DNA of 64,000 nucleotides, from NCBI GenBank assembly GCA_963555815.3, contig CAUVWX020000001.1, positions 192,001-256,000 of the forward strand, written 5' to 3'. This document shows positions 20,424 through 28,808 of this stretch, one piece after another (the first letter of the stretch is position 1; every line of letters begins with the position of its first letter). Source of the DNA: a bacterium. Lineage in GTDB: Bacteria > UBA8248 > JACPRG01 > G963555815. The notes below the pieces were generated by a model. It saw nothing but the letters and a program-made list of their open reading frames with translations. It did not search any database and was not told the DNA's origin. Both the position numbers and the translations under genes were made by a program.

Positions 20424-21407
20424 GTGAGTCTTTCAGCAGCACGAAGGTCGTCCGAAGCCAAACAGGTTGCCCCTCGGGAACAGGTCTACGAGTTTGTAAC
20501 CCAGGGACAAGACGCAGGGCAAAGGATTGACCTCTTTCTTGCAAGCCACCCCCAATCTCCAGGTTGGTCTCGCGCCACTGTCCAGCGCCTTATCAAAAAC
20601 GGCCTTGTCCATCTGAACGGGCGGCAGGTCAAAACAAGGACGGCGCTCCGCCCCGGGGATCGGATTGTGGCCCGCGTCCCAGCCCCCCGCCCCATCCTCC
20701 CCCTTCCTGAAGCCATCCCCCTCGACATCGCCTACGAAGATTCCCACCTCGTCGTCCTCAACAAGCCCCCCGGCCTGGTCGTCCATCCGGCGGCGGGCCA
20801 CGCGAGCGGGACGCTTGTCAACGCCCTCCTGCATCATTGCCGGGATCTGGCGGGGATAGGGGGGGCCCTTCGACCGGGGATCGTGCATCGTCTGGACAAA
20901 GACACCTCGGGCCTCATGGTGGCGGCCAAGACGGACGCCTCGCACCAGGGCCTGCAAAAAGCCCTGAAGGCAAGGAAGATCAAACGAACCTACCTGGCCA
21001 TCGCACGGGGCGCCTTTCCGAAGACAGAGGGACGCATCGAAGGCCCCATCGGAAGAAATCCCAGGCACCGGAAGAAGATGGCCGTCACCCCCTCGGGGCG
21101 GCCCGCGGCGACTCTTTACCGGGTGATAGAGCGGTTTCAGGGTTACAGCCTGGTGGAGCTCAGGCTGGAGACGGGAAGGACGCACCAGATCCGGGTCCAC
21201 CTGGCCCACATGAGTTGGCCCATCGTGGGAGATGCCCGGTACGGCTCTCCAAAAAAGACCGATCCCCCCATCGGGCGTCAGGCCCTTCACGCCTGCCGCC
21301 TCAGCTTTTCCCACCCCATAACGGGCCAAAACCTTTCCTTGGAGGCCCCTCTTCCTGAAGACATGCAAAAGATTCTGGAGTTCCTGAGGAAGGGGAAAGC
21401 GACATGA
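20424..21407 (+). CDS. rluD: RluA/RluD-family pseudouridine synthase
   Basis: S4 domain, NKPPGLVVHP, HRLDKDTSG, ETGRTHQIRVH. Confidence 0.9.
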   Translation: MSLSAARRSSEAKQVAPREQVYEFVTQGQDAGQRIDLFLASHPQSPGWSRATVQRLIKNGLVHLNGRQVKTRTALRPGDRIVARVPAPRPILPLPEAIPLDIAYEDSHLVVLNKPPGLVVHPAAGHASGTLVNALLHHCRDLAGIGGALRPGIVHRLDKDTSGLMVAAKTDASHQGLQKALKARKIKRTYLAIARGAFPKTEGRIEGPIGRNPRHRKKMAVTPSGRPAATLYRVIERFQGYSLVELRLETGRTHQIRVHLAHMSWPIVGDARYGSPKKTDPPIGRQALHACRLSFSHPITGQNLSLEAPLPEDMQKILEFLRKGKAT

Positions 21408-21460
21408 GGGGTGCTCCCCGTCACCCATCGTCGGGACGAAGGGGGCCATTCGCACAAAAG

Positions 21461-21811
21461 TTATAGATTTCTGCGGGAGCGTCCTCGCTGCGGGCGGCTT
21501 CGCCTCTTTGGCCCCGGAGGACGCTGGCGGGTCTTTCGCTTGGCCTCCTCGGGTGGCCTGGCCCCCATCTCAACCTCTACCTTTCGGCGGATGGCGGCGT
21601 ACCTCAACGGCCCAATGACCGGAGAGATTCGGGTGAGGAGGCGTTCCGTCTCCTCAATCCCGCCCCGGTCTTCAAGCGGCAGAAAGAGGGTAAGAGCCCG
21701 CGTGAGGATCTCGGCGGCCGCGAGGAGGTCTTCTCTGTCCATGACCTCCTGACCGAAGGCCAGCAGCTCGCGGGCTTTTTTGAGAAGGTCTTCTTCAGCA
21801 GACGTAGCCAT
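21461..21811 (-). CDS. Hypothetical helical protein with basic C-terminal tail
   Basis: ATG-started ORF filling the gap between rluD and gcvT; amphipathic helices. Confidence 0.55.
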   Translation of the reverse strand: MATSAEEDLLKKARELLAFGQEVMDREDLLAAAEILTRALTLFLPLEDRGGIEETERLLTRISPVIGPLRYAAIRRKVEVEMGARPPEEAKRKTRQRPPGPKRRSRPQRGRSRRNL

Positions 21812-22014
21812 ACAGGAACTTCCTCATGGAATTTTTAAAGGCCTCGGCACGGAATCTCTCTACCCACCATTTTGCCGGAACCTCCTGAGAGGAGATAGCC
21901 CTTTTCCAAAAAACTCCAAATCCCTGGCTCATCTGGATCATATTTGAGATTGATGAGAGGATATCCTGATTTCATTCTGAGCGCAGTTGGCAAAACCCAT
22001 AAAGGAGCGGTGTT

Positions 22015-23265
22015 CTGAAGAAGACTGTCTTCCTCGACTGGCACAAAAAGGCCGGGGCCAAGGTGGTTGAATTTGGCGGGTGGGAGATGCCCCTCCAATA
22101 CGCCCCGGGGATCCTGTCGGAGCACCTGACAACGAGAAAGTGGGCGGGCATTTTTGATATCTCCCACATGGGGAGGTTCAGGATTCGGGGCCGGGACGCC
22201 CTCCCCTTTCTCCAGCATGTCCTCACGAACGACGCCGCTTCCCTCGAGCCAAACCGGGCTCAATACACCATGATCCCCAACGAAGATGGGGGGGCCATCG
22301 ACGACGTTTACCTGTATCGGTTCGGAGAGGAGGATTTCCGGCTGGTTGTCAACGCCGCCAACACAGAGAAGGATCTCCAGTGGCTGAGCGCCAGGAAGGG
22401 CGGATTTCGGGAGGTCGTCTTGGAGGATGAGACCGATCCAATCGCGATGTTTTCGTTTCAGGGCCCAAAATCCCGCCAGATCCTGGAAAGCGTCCTCAAT
22501 CGTGCCAAAGGGCGCCTTCCCGCTCAAAAGCGAAATCACTTTGAGACCCTGGAGATCGACGGTTCCCCTGTCACCGTCTCCTGTACAGGCTATACGGGCG
22601 AACCGATCGGCTTTGAGATCTTTAGTCCGTCGGCCTCTGCCGTCTCCCTCTGGCAAGAGATCCTGGAACGCGGTGAGCCTGAGGGGCTTTTACCGATAGG
22701 CCTTGGGGCGAGGGATACCCTGCGCTTGGAGGCCGGGTTTCCCCTCTACGGCCACGAATTGGGCCTGGACCCCCTAGGAAAAGTCATCCCCCTCTTTGCA
22801 CTCGCCCTCGCCCGGTTTGCCATCAGCTTTTCCCCTGATAAAGGGGACTTTGTGGGGCGAGACATCCTCGAGAGACAGCACCGTGAAACCGCTTTATGGC
22901 GCAAAGGCGAACTCTCGCTTCCACTCGAGGAGCGAGTCGTCCCGAAAAGAATTTTCCCGGTTGCCGTCACAGGGCGGGGTGTCGCCAGGCAGGGATACGA
23001 AATTTATCAGGGCGATACACTAAAAGGCCATGTCACCAGCGGGACCGTCGTCCCCTACTGGATATTTCAAGGAGATGTATCTACCTCCACTCCGGGGGAA
23101 GAAAAGGGGAAGCGGGCCATCGCTCTGGCTTACCTGGACAGCGACGTATCAGAGGGTCAGCCCTTGGTGGTCACCGATGGGCGGAGATCATTTGAGGGGG
23201 TGGTGGCAAAGGCCCCTCTCAAAACGAACGCTCCCCCCTATGCCAGACCCGTTCTCTACTCTTAA
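22015..23265 (+). CDS. gcvT: Glycine cleavage system aminomethyltransferase T; probable CTG start
   Basis: VEFGGWEMP, FDISHMG, NAAN, QGPKS, TGYTGE, GLGARDTLRLEAGFPLYGHE. The conserved N-terminus KKTVFLDWH lies upstream of track start 22063. Confidence 0.92.
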   Translation: MKKTVFLDWHKKAGAKVVEFGGWEMPLQYAPGILSEHLTTRKWAGIFDISHMGRFRIRGRDALPFLQHVLTNDAASLEPNRAQYTMIPNEDGGAIDDVYLYRFGEEDFRLVVNAANTEKDLQWLSARKGGFREVVLEDETDPIAMFSFQGPKSRQILESVLNRAKGRLPAQKRNHFETLEIDGSPVTVSCTGYTGEPIGFEIFSPSASAVSLWQEILERGEPEGLLPIGLGARDTLRLEAGFPLYGHELGLDPLGKVIPLFALALARFAISFSPDKGDFVGRDILERQHRETALWRKGELSLPLEERVVPKRIFPVAVTGRGVARQGYEIYQGDTLKGHVTSGTVVPYWIFQGDVSTSTPGEEKGKRAIALAYLDSDVSEGQPLVVTDGRRSFEGVVAKAPLKTNAPPYARPVLYS

Positions 23266-23280
23266 AAAGGCCTCTCTTGA

Positions 23281-24918
23281 TCACTGCAAGGGGTTTCGAT
23301 GGCGAACAGGCGGGCGGGCCTCCCCCGACCTGAAGTCGGGGGAAACCCCGAAGGGGTGGGCGTGGTCCGGGCTCTTTTTGGGGCCGCTGAACGAGGCCCC
23401 CGAGACCTCGTCCGGATCGACAATCCGGATCTGGCCGCCTTGACGGTGCTCATACTTCATGGCCGAGAGCTGGCCCACGAGGAGTTCCAGGTCCTTCCGA
23501 GGGAGTCCTTCTTCTGAAAGGGAGATCTCCCCCTCCTCAAAAGCCTTGCGAAGCCCCCAGAAGAGATCGGCCTTGAGGTTCGCGTAATACTCGGGCTCCG
23601 AGGAGGAGGCGCCAAGAAGGATGGGGAGGACCGAGACCCCCGCCTCTCGAAGGATGTCCGTCACGCCCCCTCCGACCCCGGTGTCATCCACGGCCACCAC
23701 GTCGGCCTTCCACTCCCGGGCGAGCCTCTTAGCCTCCCCCGCGGTCTGGGTCAGGCTCTGCCTCCTTCGCTGGCGGACGTGAAGGAGTTTTGCGCCTTCG
23801 ATGAGGGAGAAGACGGTGAGGTTTTTTCCGTAACGGGCCACGTCGACCCCAAGCGCCCTTCTTTTTCCTTCGTAGGCCTTGCCAGGGCCGATCTGGGCCG
23901 CCTCGATCCAGGAGAGGGGGATGAGGGTGTCCTCCCCCTCGTCCGGGAATTCGCCGAGGACCCGGGCCTGATAGATGGACGAGTCCTCGCCCCATTCGGC
24001 CTTCCGGGTCCTGACCCACGCCCTGGAGATCCGGGGGCAGATGGGCGTATTCGAGGGAATGGCCTTCCCGTTTTCCCACCGCCCAAGGCACGGGATATGA
24101 AAGGTCTTCCAAGTGGACCGGAGCTTTGTAAAAACTTTATAAAAATAGCCGTGGCGGGAGCCCGGCGTGCTGAGAAGGAGAAGCTTTGCCTCCTCGGTCA
24201 GGGCCCCCTGGATGGCGTCGAAGATCCCGTCCGAGACCCCCTTCGCCTCATCGATGATGTAGAGGAGATAAGGGGCGTGAAAGCCTTCCAGATTCTCGGG
24301 CCGGCCGGCCGAGATGCCGGCTGAAAACCACTCCTCCTCATAATCCCTCACCGCCATGCGGGTCTGGGAGAGGGTGAAAGAACCCTCAAGGGCGGAGCCC
24401 CGGACCCACCGGTGGATCTCGGCCCAAAAAACGTCCCGGACCTGTTTTTCGAAGGTCGGGGCCGTCGTGGGAACCTTTGACATGGGCCGGATCGCGAGGA
24501 ACCAGAGGTCGGCCCAGGCCCCCGTCGCCGTCTTCCCCGGTCCGTGGCCGCTTCGCACCGCCACGGCAGGATATTCGGCGATGGCCTCCAGGATGTCCGC
24601 CTGATAGGGCTCCGGCTTCGCCTTTAGAAAATCCTCAACGAAAGCAACGGGGTGATCGAAGTAGTGGGTGAACCCCTGAACCGCTTGATCGAGAAGAGCG
24701 GCGGTCTCGTTCGCTTCGGTTGAACTCTTGGCGAGTTCAAGATTCTTTTGAGCGTTCGTGGACGTTTTTGTCTGATGGGTCTTCTTTTCTGAGCTCTGCG
24801 GCGTGGATGGCGATCTGGGCGAGGTCCGAGATGGCCTCGGCCCCGATTTTTTCTTTTCCGGCCCACTTTTCGGCCAGGAAGATGAGATAGCGTGCTCGCT
24901 CCTTTTCCGGGATGTCAT
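23281..24918 (-). CDS. Phage terminase large subunit
   Basis: Walker A RSGHGPGKT, Walker B YIIDEAKGV, motif III LSTPG, RVLGEFP, nuclease motifs LGVDVARYG, VDDTGVGGGV and SPDH. Start uncertain (ATG 24918 or 24963). Confidence 0.88.
   Translation of the reverse strand: MTSRKRSEHAISSSWPKSGPEKKKSGPRPSRTSPRSPSTPQSSEKKTHQTKTSTNAQKNLELAKSSTEANETAALLDQAVQGFTHYFDHPVAFVEDFLKAKPEPYQADILEAIAEYPAVAVRSGHGPGKTATGAWADLWFLAIRPMSKVPTTAPTFEKQVRDVFWAEIHRWVRGSALEGSFTLSQTRMAVRDYEEEWFSAGISAGRPENLEGFHAPYLLYIIDEAKGVSDGIFDAIQGALTEEAKLLLLSTPGSRHGYFYKVFTKLRSTWKTFHIPCLGRWENGKAIPSNTPICPRISRAWVRTRKAEWGEDSSIYQARVLGEFPDEGEDTLIPLSWIEAAQIGPGKAYEGKRRALGVDVARYGKNLTVFSLIEGAKLLHVRQRRRQSLTQTAGEAKRLAREWKADVVAVDDTGVGGGVTDILREAGVSVLPILLGASSSEPEYYANLKADLFWGLRKAFEEGEISLSEEGLPRKDLELLVGQLSAMKYEHRQGGQIRIVDPDEVSGASFSGPKKSPDHAHPFGVSPDFRSGEARPPVRHRNPLQ
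23321..23356. repeat. GC-rich palindrome(s) in the 3' end of terL
   Basis: TCCCCCGAC-CTGAA-GTCGGGGGA (9-bp stem) followed by CCCC-GAA-GGGG. Confidence 0.6.
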
Positions 24919-25111
24919 CGGCTCCTGCCCGCTCGGCGATCTCGAGAAAGGCCCAGGGGCCATGGCCTTCGAGGAGTTTTTGGCTTTCAGAATTCGCTTT
25001 CGACATAGGTATTATGCGTTTTTTGACCGTGCGGGTCTTTGGTGCCGCCCGCACCCTCTTCTTTCCAGTGCTCACTCTTGCCAACGAAAGATCTCCCGGA
25101 GGCTTTTTCAA
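24737..25111 (-). CDS. Hypothetical protein, positional candidate for terminase small subunit
   Basis: Small helical protein directly upstream of and overlapping terL; alternative start ATG 25006. No diagnostic motif recognised. Confidence 0.5.
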   Translation of the reverse strand: MKKPPGDLSLARVSTGKKRVRAAPKTRTVKKRIIPMSKANSESQKLLEGHGPWAFLEIAERAGADDIPEKERARYLIFLAEKWAGKEKIGAEAISDLAQIAIHAAELRKEDPSDKNVHERSKES

Positions 25112-25217
25112 TCTCTTCGGCCTGTTGCTATGAATTCGGGGATGACAGGAGGCACAGAGGGTTTAAAATCAGGGGGTCAGTTTTCTCCGTTCAACGTTTT
25201 CCAAGAGGAGAGAAGAT

Positions 25218-25457
25218 ATGGATTCCCTGACGAAGACCGCCCTCTGGCTCATCGCCCTCGCCCTCTGGGGTTTGTTGCTGAGACCCCTTGTTCTCCCCAC
25301 GCCCCTTGGGGCCCAGGGGATGATGGACGTCAACATCGCCGCTATCAGCGGCAGCTCCATTTTGACGAACTCGCTCGACGTCAACATCAGAGAAGTGAGC
25401 GGCAACCGCATTGGGGGCTCGATCCCCGTGACCCAGCTCCCTGTGACCCAGGAATGA
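25218..25457 (+). CDS. Small membrane-anchored hypothetical protein (moron-like, opposite strand)
   Basis: GAGGAG RBS, N-terminal hydrophobic helix, internal DVNI repeat (GACGTCAACATC twice). Confidence 0.65.
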   Translation: MDSLTKTALWLIALALWGLLLRPLVLPTPLGAQGMMDVNIAAISGSSILTNSLDVNIREVSGNRIGGSIPVTQLPVTQE

Positions 25458-25545
25458 AAAGATTCTCAGCGGTCTTTAAAGAGGCAGATAACCAGAGGGT
25501 ATAGGAGCCCGGCATCCGCCTGTGTTTCAGCGGTCTGGAATTTTT

Positions 25546-26601
25546 TCAGCCAACCCTTGGGACGAGCTGAAGGCGCTCTCGTCTTCGAAGGCGTTTTTCA
25601 ATTTCCAGGGCAAGGCGATCGATGTCCCGGTCGCTCCTGATCTGGGCCCCATGGAAAGCCCCCCGCTCAAACCGGACCTGAAAGGGTCTGGATTGCCGCT
25701 CAAGCAGGCCCATCAGACGGTCCATGCGTCCCTCCAGGCCAAAATTCCTCGGCGCACCGAAGGAGTGCATCGGCTCTCTTAAATCCCCGGCGAAGGGGTT
25801 GAGCTCCCTTGGGACAATCGCCTCCCCCCGGTGAAGAAAGGCCAGCATGTCCTGCGGGACGAACGGCGTTCCCTGCTGGAAAAAGCCGCCGATGATGGGG
25901 ATCTTCTTCACAAACTTTGTGACAGGGTCCAGGAGTTTGTCGAGGAACGGGATACCGCCGCCTCCGCCTGACGCGAATGGCGCGGTCCCTGGACCCGCTC
26001 CACCCGTTCCCATGGCCGAGAGGACCTTTATCAGAAGTTTGATGGCCTCCGAGGTGGCGAACTTGATGACGGCCTTCAGCATGGCGTCCATGGCCTCCTG
26101 CCAGACGTCCTTCATGCTGTTGGTCCCCTTGATAAGGTCAAAGATGCCGTTGTTGATCTCCGTAAAGGTCCTTATGCCAACTAGCGCCATGCCCTCGTGG
26201 AGCTTGGCAAATTGACTCTCAAGACCCTTAACAAAGCCTCCCGTGGCATCCGTGAACTGGGACCACAGGAAGCTCTGTATCTGAAGACTGGTTGCGGTGG
26301 TCTCCTGGGCCTTCTGGAGGAAGGAGAGGTACTCCTGCTCTCTCTGGCACTCCAGGGTAATCTCATTCGTGAGCGTATCCAGGCGAAGCCTGGACTCTTC
26401 CTGGGCCTGAGTGAATGCGTCCCTGGAGGCTGTCTCAATCTGCCTGAACCCGGCGGTGAGCTCCGGGGTCATCCCCGAGAATTCCCGCCTGACCCCTTTC
26501 AGGCTGCGCCTAAACCCCAGGGACCCCTCCTGCAGATCCCGGAAGGCCGCCTTGGCAATCCCGGCGTCCGCCACGATATCAATCTGAATGCGGTTCGCCA
26601 C
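25546..26601 (-). CDS. Short tape-measure-like tail protein
   Basis: N-terminus RIQIDIVAD, helical core, and C-terminal FQQGTPFVPQDMLAFLHRGEAIVP typical of tape-measure C-termini; lies directly after the chaperone pair. Confidence 0.7.
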   Translation of the reverse strand: MANRIQIDIVADAGIAKAAFRDLQEGSLGFRRSLKGVRREFSGMTPELTAGFRQIETASRDAFTQAQEESRLRLDTLTNEITLECQREQEYLSFLQKAQETTATSLQIQSFLWSQFTDATGGFVKGLESQFAKLHEGMALVGIRTFTEINNGIFDLIKGTNSMKDVWQEAMDAMLKAVIKFATSEAIKLLIKVLSAMGTGGAGPGTAPFASGGGGGIPFLDKLLDPVTKFVKKIPIIGGFFQQGTPFVPQDMLAFLHRGEAIVPRELNPFAGDLREPMHSFGAPRNFGLEGRMDRLMGLLERQSRPFQVRFERGAFHGAQIRSDRDIDRLALEIEKRLRRRERLQLVPRVG

Positions 26602-26652
26602 CTCTTCTCCCCTGCGAATGCCACGATCGGATCAGGCCGAGTGTATGGATAT

Positions 26653-27021
26653 TCAGGAGACAAACTTTTGTTTGTGAGCGGCTTCCGTGAGCTCAGTTCT
26701 TTTTCGCCGCTCTGAGAGAAACCGGTGGATCTCCATAAGCCCACGAAGAAATTTCTGTGCCTCCTCCTCGGTCAACCGAAGGCTGAGAACGTCGAAGATG
26801 AGGTCGGGGGCCCACCCCAAGTCCCGGGCGAGGTCCGTCGAGAGAAGCTCATAGGCCTCAAGGGCCCTTCGGTCGGTGACGGACAGAGGCGGAAGTTGAA
26901 AGACCGGACAGCGGGGACAGTCCGGCTCAAAATCCACTTCTTCCTCTGAAAGTTCCTGGCAGTTGGCGCAGCTGACCCGGGGATAATCTAGCCGGACCCC
27001 GAGCCACCTTCGGAGTTTCCC
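26653..27021 (-). CDS. Tail assembly chaperone -1 frameshift extension (gpT-like) with two CxxC motifs
   Basis: Entered by a -1 slip at GGGAAAC; reads GKLRRWLGVRLDYPRVSCANC...CPRCP. Confidence 0.7.
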   Translation of the reverse strand, partial: GKLRRWLGVRLDYPRVSCANCQELSEEEVDFEPDCPRCPVFQLPPLSVTDRRALEAYELLSTDLARDLGWAPDLIFDVLSLRLTEEEAQKFLRGLMEIHRFLSERRKRTELTEAAHKQKFVS

Positions 27022-27368
27022 AAGGGGTTCTCCTCTTTGGATGAAACCCCCAGGAGACACCGGGAGACGACCCGGTTCAAGACAGAGGGCGGAAGAAGAA
27101 ATTTATAGGCCCGCTCACAGGGGATTTCCTCTTCCTCTTTCCCGACGACCCCTTTCCAGTCCACGATGCAGTGATCGATCCAGTCCTCCTCGACCCCCTT
27201 CTGGTCCACCTCCGGGGTCTGGACCCCGCCGGGCTGCCATCGCGTCTGGGTGTGGCGCGTCTCAATCTCCCGCATCACCCTGCGGCTCAGCCTGCGGCAG
27301 ATGAGGACACTCTCTTCAAAGGGGACCTCGAACTGCTCGTCCTCGTCGATGATCTGAAGCTTGCCCAT
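26988..27368 (-). CDS. Phage tail assembly chaperone (gpG-like)
   Basis: Acidic 126-aa protein with CIVDWKGV, ending NPLGN at a slippery heptamer; GGGGAGGA RBS; upstream of the tape-measure-like gene. Confidence 0.72.
   Translation of the reverse strand: MGKLQIIDEDEQFEVPFEESVLICRRLSRRVMREIETRHTQTRWQPGGVQTPEVDQKGVEEDWIDHCIVDWKGVVGKEEEEIPCERAYKFLLPPSVLNRVVSRCLLGVSSKEENPLGNSEGGSGSG
27015..27021 (-). other. Programmed -1 ribosomal frameshift site G GGA AAC
   Basis: X XXY YYZ heptamer in the correct phase near the end of the chaperone ORF; the -1 frame is open to 26653. Confidence 0.8.
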
Positions 27369-27398
27369 CCCGCTGTCCTCCCCCGATGTACCAGAGGC

Positions 27399-27424
27399 AA
27401 AAAGAAAGGGCCCCTTTCGGGCCC
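27399..27424 (-). terminator. Intrinsic terminator between the putative late promoter and the chaperone gene
   Basis: Minus strand reads GGGCCC-GAAAG-GGGCCC-TTTCTTTTT. Confidence 0.7.
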
Positions 27425-27442
27425 CCGGTCGCGTTTCATCGA

Positions 27443-27483
27443 ATCTAAGCTTAGATATATGTCATACACTTATGTTTTGTCAA
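27443..27483 (-). promoter_or_regulatory. Putative late promoter/operator
   Basis: TTGACA (27483-27478), AT-rich -10 region, perfect palindrome ATCTAAGCTTAGAT (27443-27456), and motifs shared with 28809-28844. Confidence 0.6.
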
Positions 27484-27920
27484 GGGCCTTTTTTGTAAGT
27501 CTCAGTGGAACAATTCATTAGCGGGAGCCAGGAGCCGTCGCGGGTGGCGCGGGGTCGAAGGCGGCGGCGGTGGAACTCGGCCTCCGTCTTGTCGGCCGCC
27601 CCCTGATAAAGGCGTTTCAGCGTCGAGTGGTGCCTTCGAAAGGAGCGTTCAAGAGAAGACCAGCTCCGTGGGGCCTCCCCCGGGACGGGGTGTCGGCCCC
27701 AGAGAATCTCGGACTCCAGGGGAGAGCAGATCACAGAGACGGCCCGCTGGACCTCTGCGCAAAAGAGGAGGGCCAGGGGCTCTCCCCGTCTCTTTCTGGG
27801 CGGACCCCCCAGGCGGGGATCAAGGGGCAGCGGGGGGGCGAACGCCACGTGCGATCTCTCCTCCCAGTAGCGATCAAAAATCGCTTCCAGATAGCCCTGC
27901 GCTTCTTCAAGACGTCTCAT
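27480..27920 (-). CDS. Hypothetical protein, possible late-gene regulator (C-terminal HTH-like)
   Basis: SPLESEILW...SWSSLERSFRRHHSTLKRLYQGA resembles a sigma70-region-4/RinA-type HTH; sits just upstream of the promoter and terminator. Confidence 0.5.
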   Translation of the reverse strand: MRRLEEAQGYLEAIFDRYWEERSHVAFAPPLPLDPRLGGPPRKRRGEPLALLFCAEVQRAVSVICSPLESEILWGRHPVPGEAPRSWSSLERSFRRHHSTLKRLYQGAADKTEAEFHRRRLRPRATRDGSWLPLMNCSTETYKKGP

Positions 27921-28161
27921 GGGGAAGCTCAGCTCCTCCCTCTGGCCCGGGGGAGCAGGGAATGTAAATTTTGAGAAGGGGCCCTTCCATATAAGTCGGA
28001 GGGGTCTCCGGTGAACGGCATTCAGCCCTTTCCCGCCGGGTCGGAGGCCGTCGGGTCGCCGAGTGGCCGTTCAGACAGAAAGGGACCTGATAGCTCCGTC
28101 CCCCGTCCCCGAGGACGAAGGTGGAACCGATGGGGGCCCCGCACCTCTGACACCGCTTCAT
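27907..28161 (-). CDS. Small zinc-ribbon protein
   Basis: CQRCG...FCLNGH; overlaps the next gene, as in a phage early operon. Confidence 0.5.
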   Translation of the reverse strand: MKRCQRCGAPIGSTFVLGDGGRSYQVPFCLNGHSATRRPPTRRERAECRSPETPPTYMEGPLLKIYIPCSPGPEGGAELPHETS

Positions 28162-28185
28162 GGCCAGCCCTTTCAGACTTCCAGC

Positions 28186-28738
28186 TCAATCGGTCTTCTG
28201 TGCCAGACCTCCATCCGCCGGACATGGCCCTCGAGACCGGCCAGATCTTCGCAGACTCCCCTCATAGGCCTCGCGGCCCACGCCAAAGAGGGCCGCCGCC
28301 TTCTTAAAGGCGTTCGTATAGGCGCCTTTCAGGGCGTCCGCCTTGAGCGAGGGAGGAATAGCCCCCGAAGGAGGACCGCTCGGCGATGGGCAAAAAGCCT
28401 CTTTGGCCAGGGTTTCCCACCTGAAGTTTCAGTCTCACCGTGGCCTCAAAGAGACATTTCCCCGCAGAGGTTTTCCGCTCATCGATCGAGATCACCTTGC
28501 CCCTCACCCGCCAGCGGGAAGGACCCAGAACCTCATTGAGACGATTGACGATGTACTGGTAGAAGAAGCCCACCGTGTCGTAGGGCCTCCCGGTCTCCGA
28601 AGCCTTCGTCCTTTCGATGGCCTCAGACGAAAGGGGCAGGGCCAACCTGCGGTAGGCCTTGTCCAAGAACTTTGCCGTGAGGGTCCCATTTGGGGAGACG
28701 ACCCTTCCCGATCTTCGCAGATTGCCGGTCTCAGCCAT
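28186..28738 (-). pseudogene. Rad52/Rad22 (Sak/DdrA-like) single-strand annealing protein with a 1-bp frameshift
   Basis: IVNRLNEVLGPSRW in the first frame; the conserved DALKGAYTNAFKKAAALFGVGREAY continues in another frame after ~28350. Confidence 0.75.
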
Positions 28739-28808
28739 TACCGTCTATCCTCCCAAGATGCCAGAAAAAAGCCCCAGAACCCCCGTTTCAAGTGGGGTGC
28801 GCTGGAAG

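Noticed and set aside
21812..22014. Glycine riboswitch upstream of gcvT
   Set aside because: Only a short GGAGA and a small hairpin are present; the conserved aptamer core could not be found on the coding strand.
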